This document shows, one piece after another, positions 63,642 through 64,000 of a stretch of 64,000 nucleotides of DNA. The notes below the pieces were generated by a model, which was not told where the DNA came from, did not search any database, and saw only the letters and a program-made list of their open reading frames with translations. The DNA comes from Styela clava (Eukaryota). The translations under genes and the position numbers were made by a program. Each line of letters begins with the position of its first letter. The first letter of the stretch is position 1. The DNA lies in the NCBI RefSeq assembly GCF_964204865.1, contig NC_135256.1, positions 12,462,001 through 12,526,000 of the forward strand, written 5' to 3'.

Positions 63642-64000
63642 GACAGAAAGTTTTGAAACAAATAAAAGATATAGCCTTTCAGCAACAACAACATCTTTCC
63701 CCAATAAAAATTCCAAAGCAGTTGGTCCAGTAGTTAAATAATTTTCACAACAACGAAAAGAAAAATACAAAATGACAAAACGATTCATGGGGCCATTTCG
63801 TGTCCGATAATTATGATTCATCTGGTACAATATAACATCATGTAGGTGAAAAATTACCTGTGATGCGGAGAGTGCTAAATCACAAGTCGTTCGAAATTTT
63901 TAATGACGCAAATGAACATATATATTTAAAATCAATCGGTAAGTTTATATTTTACGTAGTCAAATATATATCAAGTGTTTTTTATTCGATGGAATTTGCA

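Overview
This is AT-rich eukaryotic (animal) genomic DNA with short GT-AG introns. The compact layout would fit an invertebrate deuterostome such as an ascidian, but that is inference only. Host genes reconstructed exon by exon: the 3' part of CFAP100 (+), a candidate orphan multi-exon gene (-), TMEM26 (-), an ~806-aa FGL2-like fibrinogen-domain protein with a long acidic/coiled-coil/Thr-rich N-terminus (+), a TPR-like orphan gene (-), and two tandem intronless copines (-). The right end is a nested transposon block. A small foldback/MULE-like MITE (40-bp perfect TIRs) contains a hairpin element, a tRNA-derived SINE and a full-length Ty3/Gypsy LTR retrotransposon. That retrotransposon has CsRn1/Boudicca-clade hallmarks: tRNA-Trp PBS, CHCC Gag knuckle and 4-bp TSD. 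Its most notable features are a degenerate env-like third ORF overlapping the pol stop (TGATG), a -1 frameshift signal, TG...TA termini, and near-identical LTRs despite decayed coding sequence. Several hAT MITEs and five copies of one SINE family are also present. All calls were made by eye; no searches were run.
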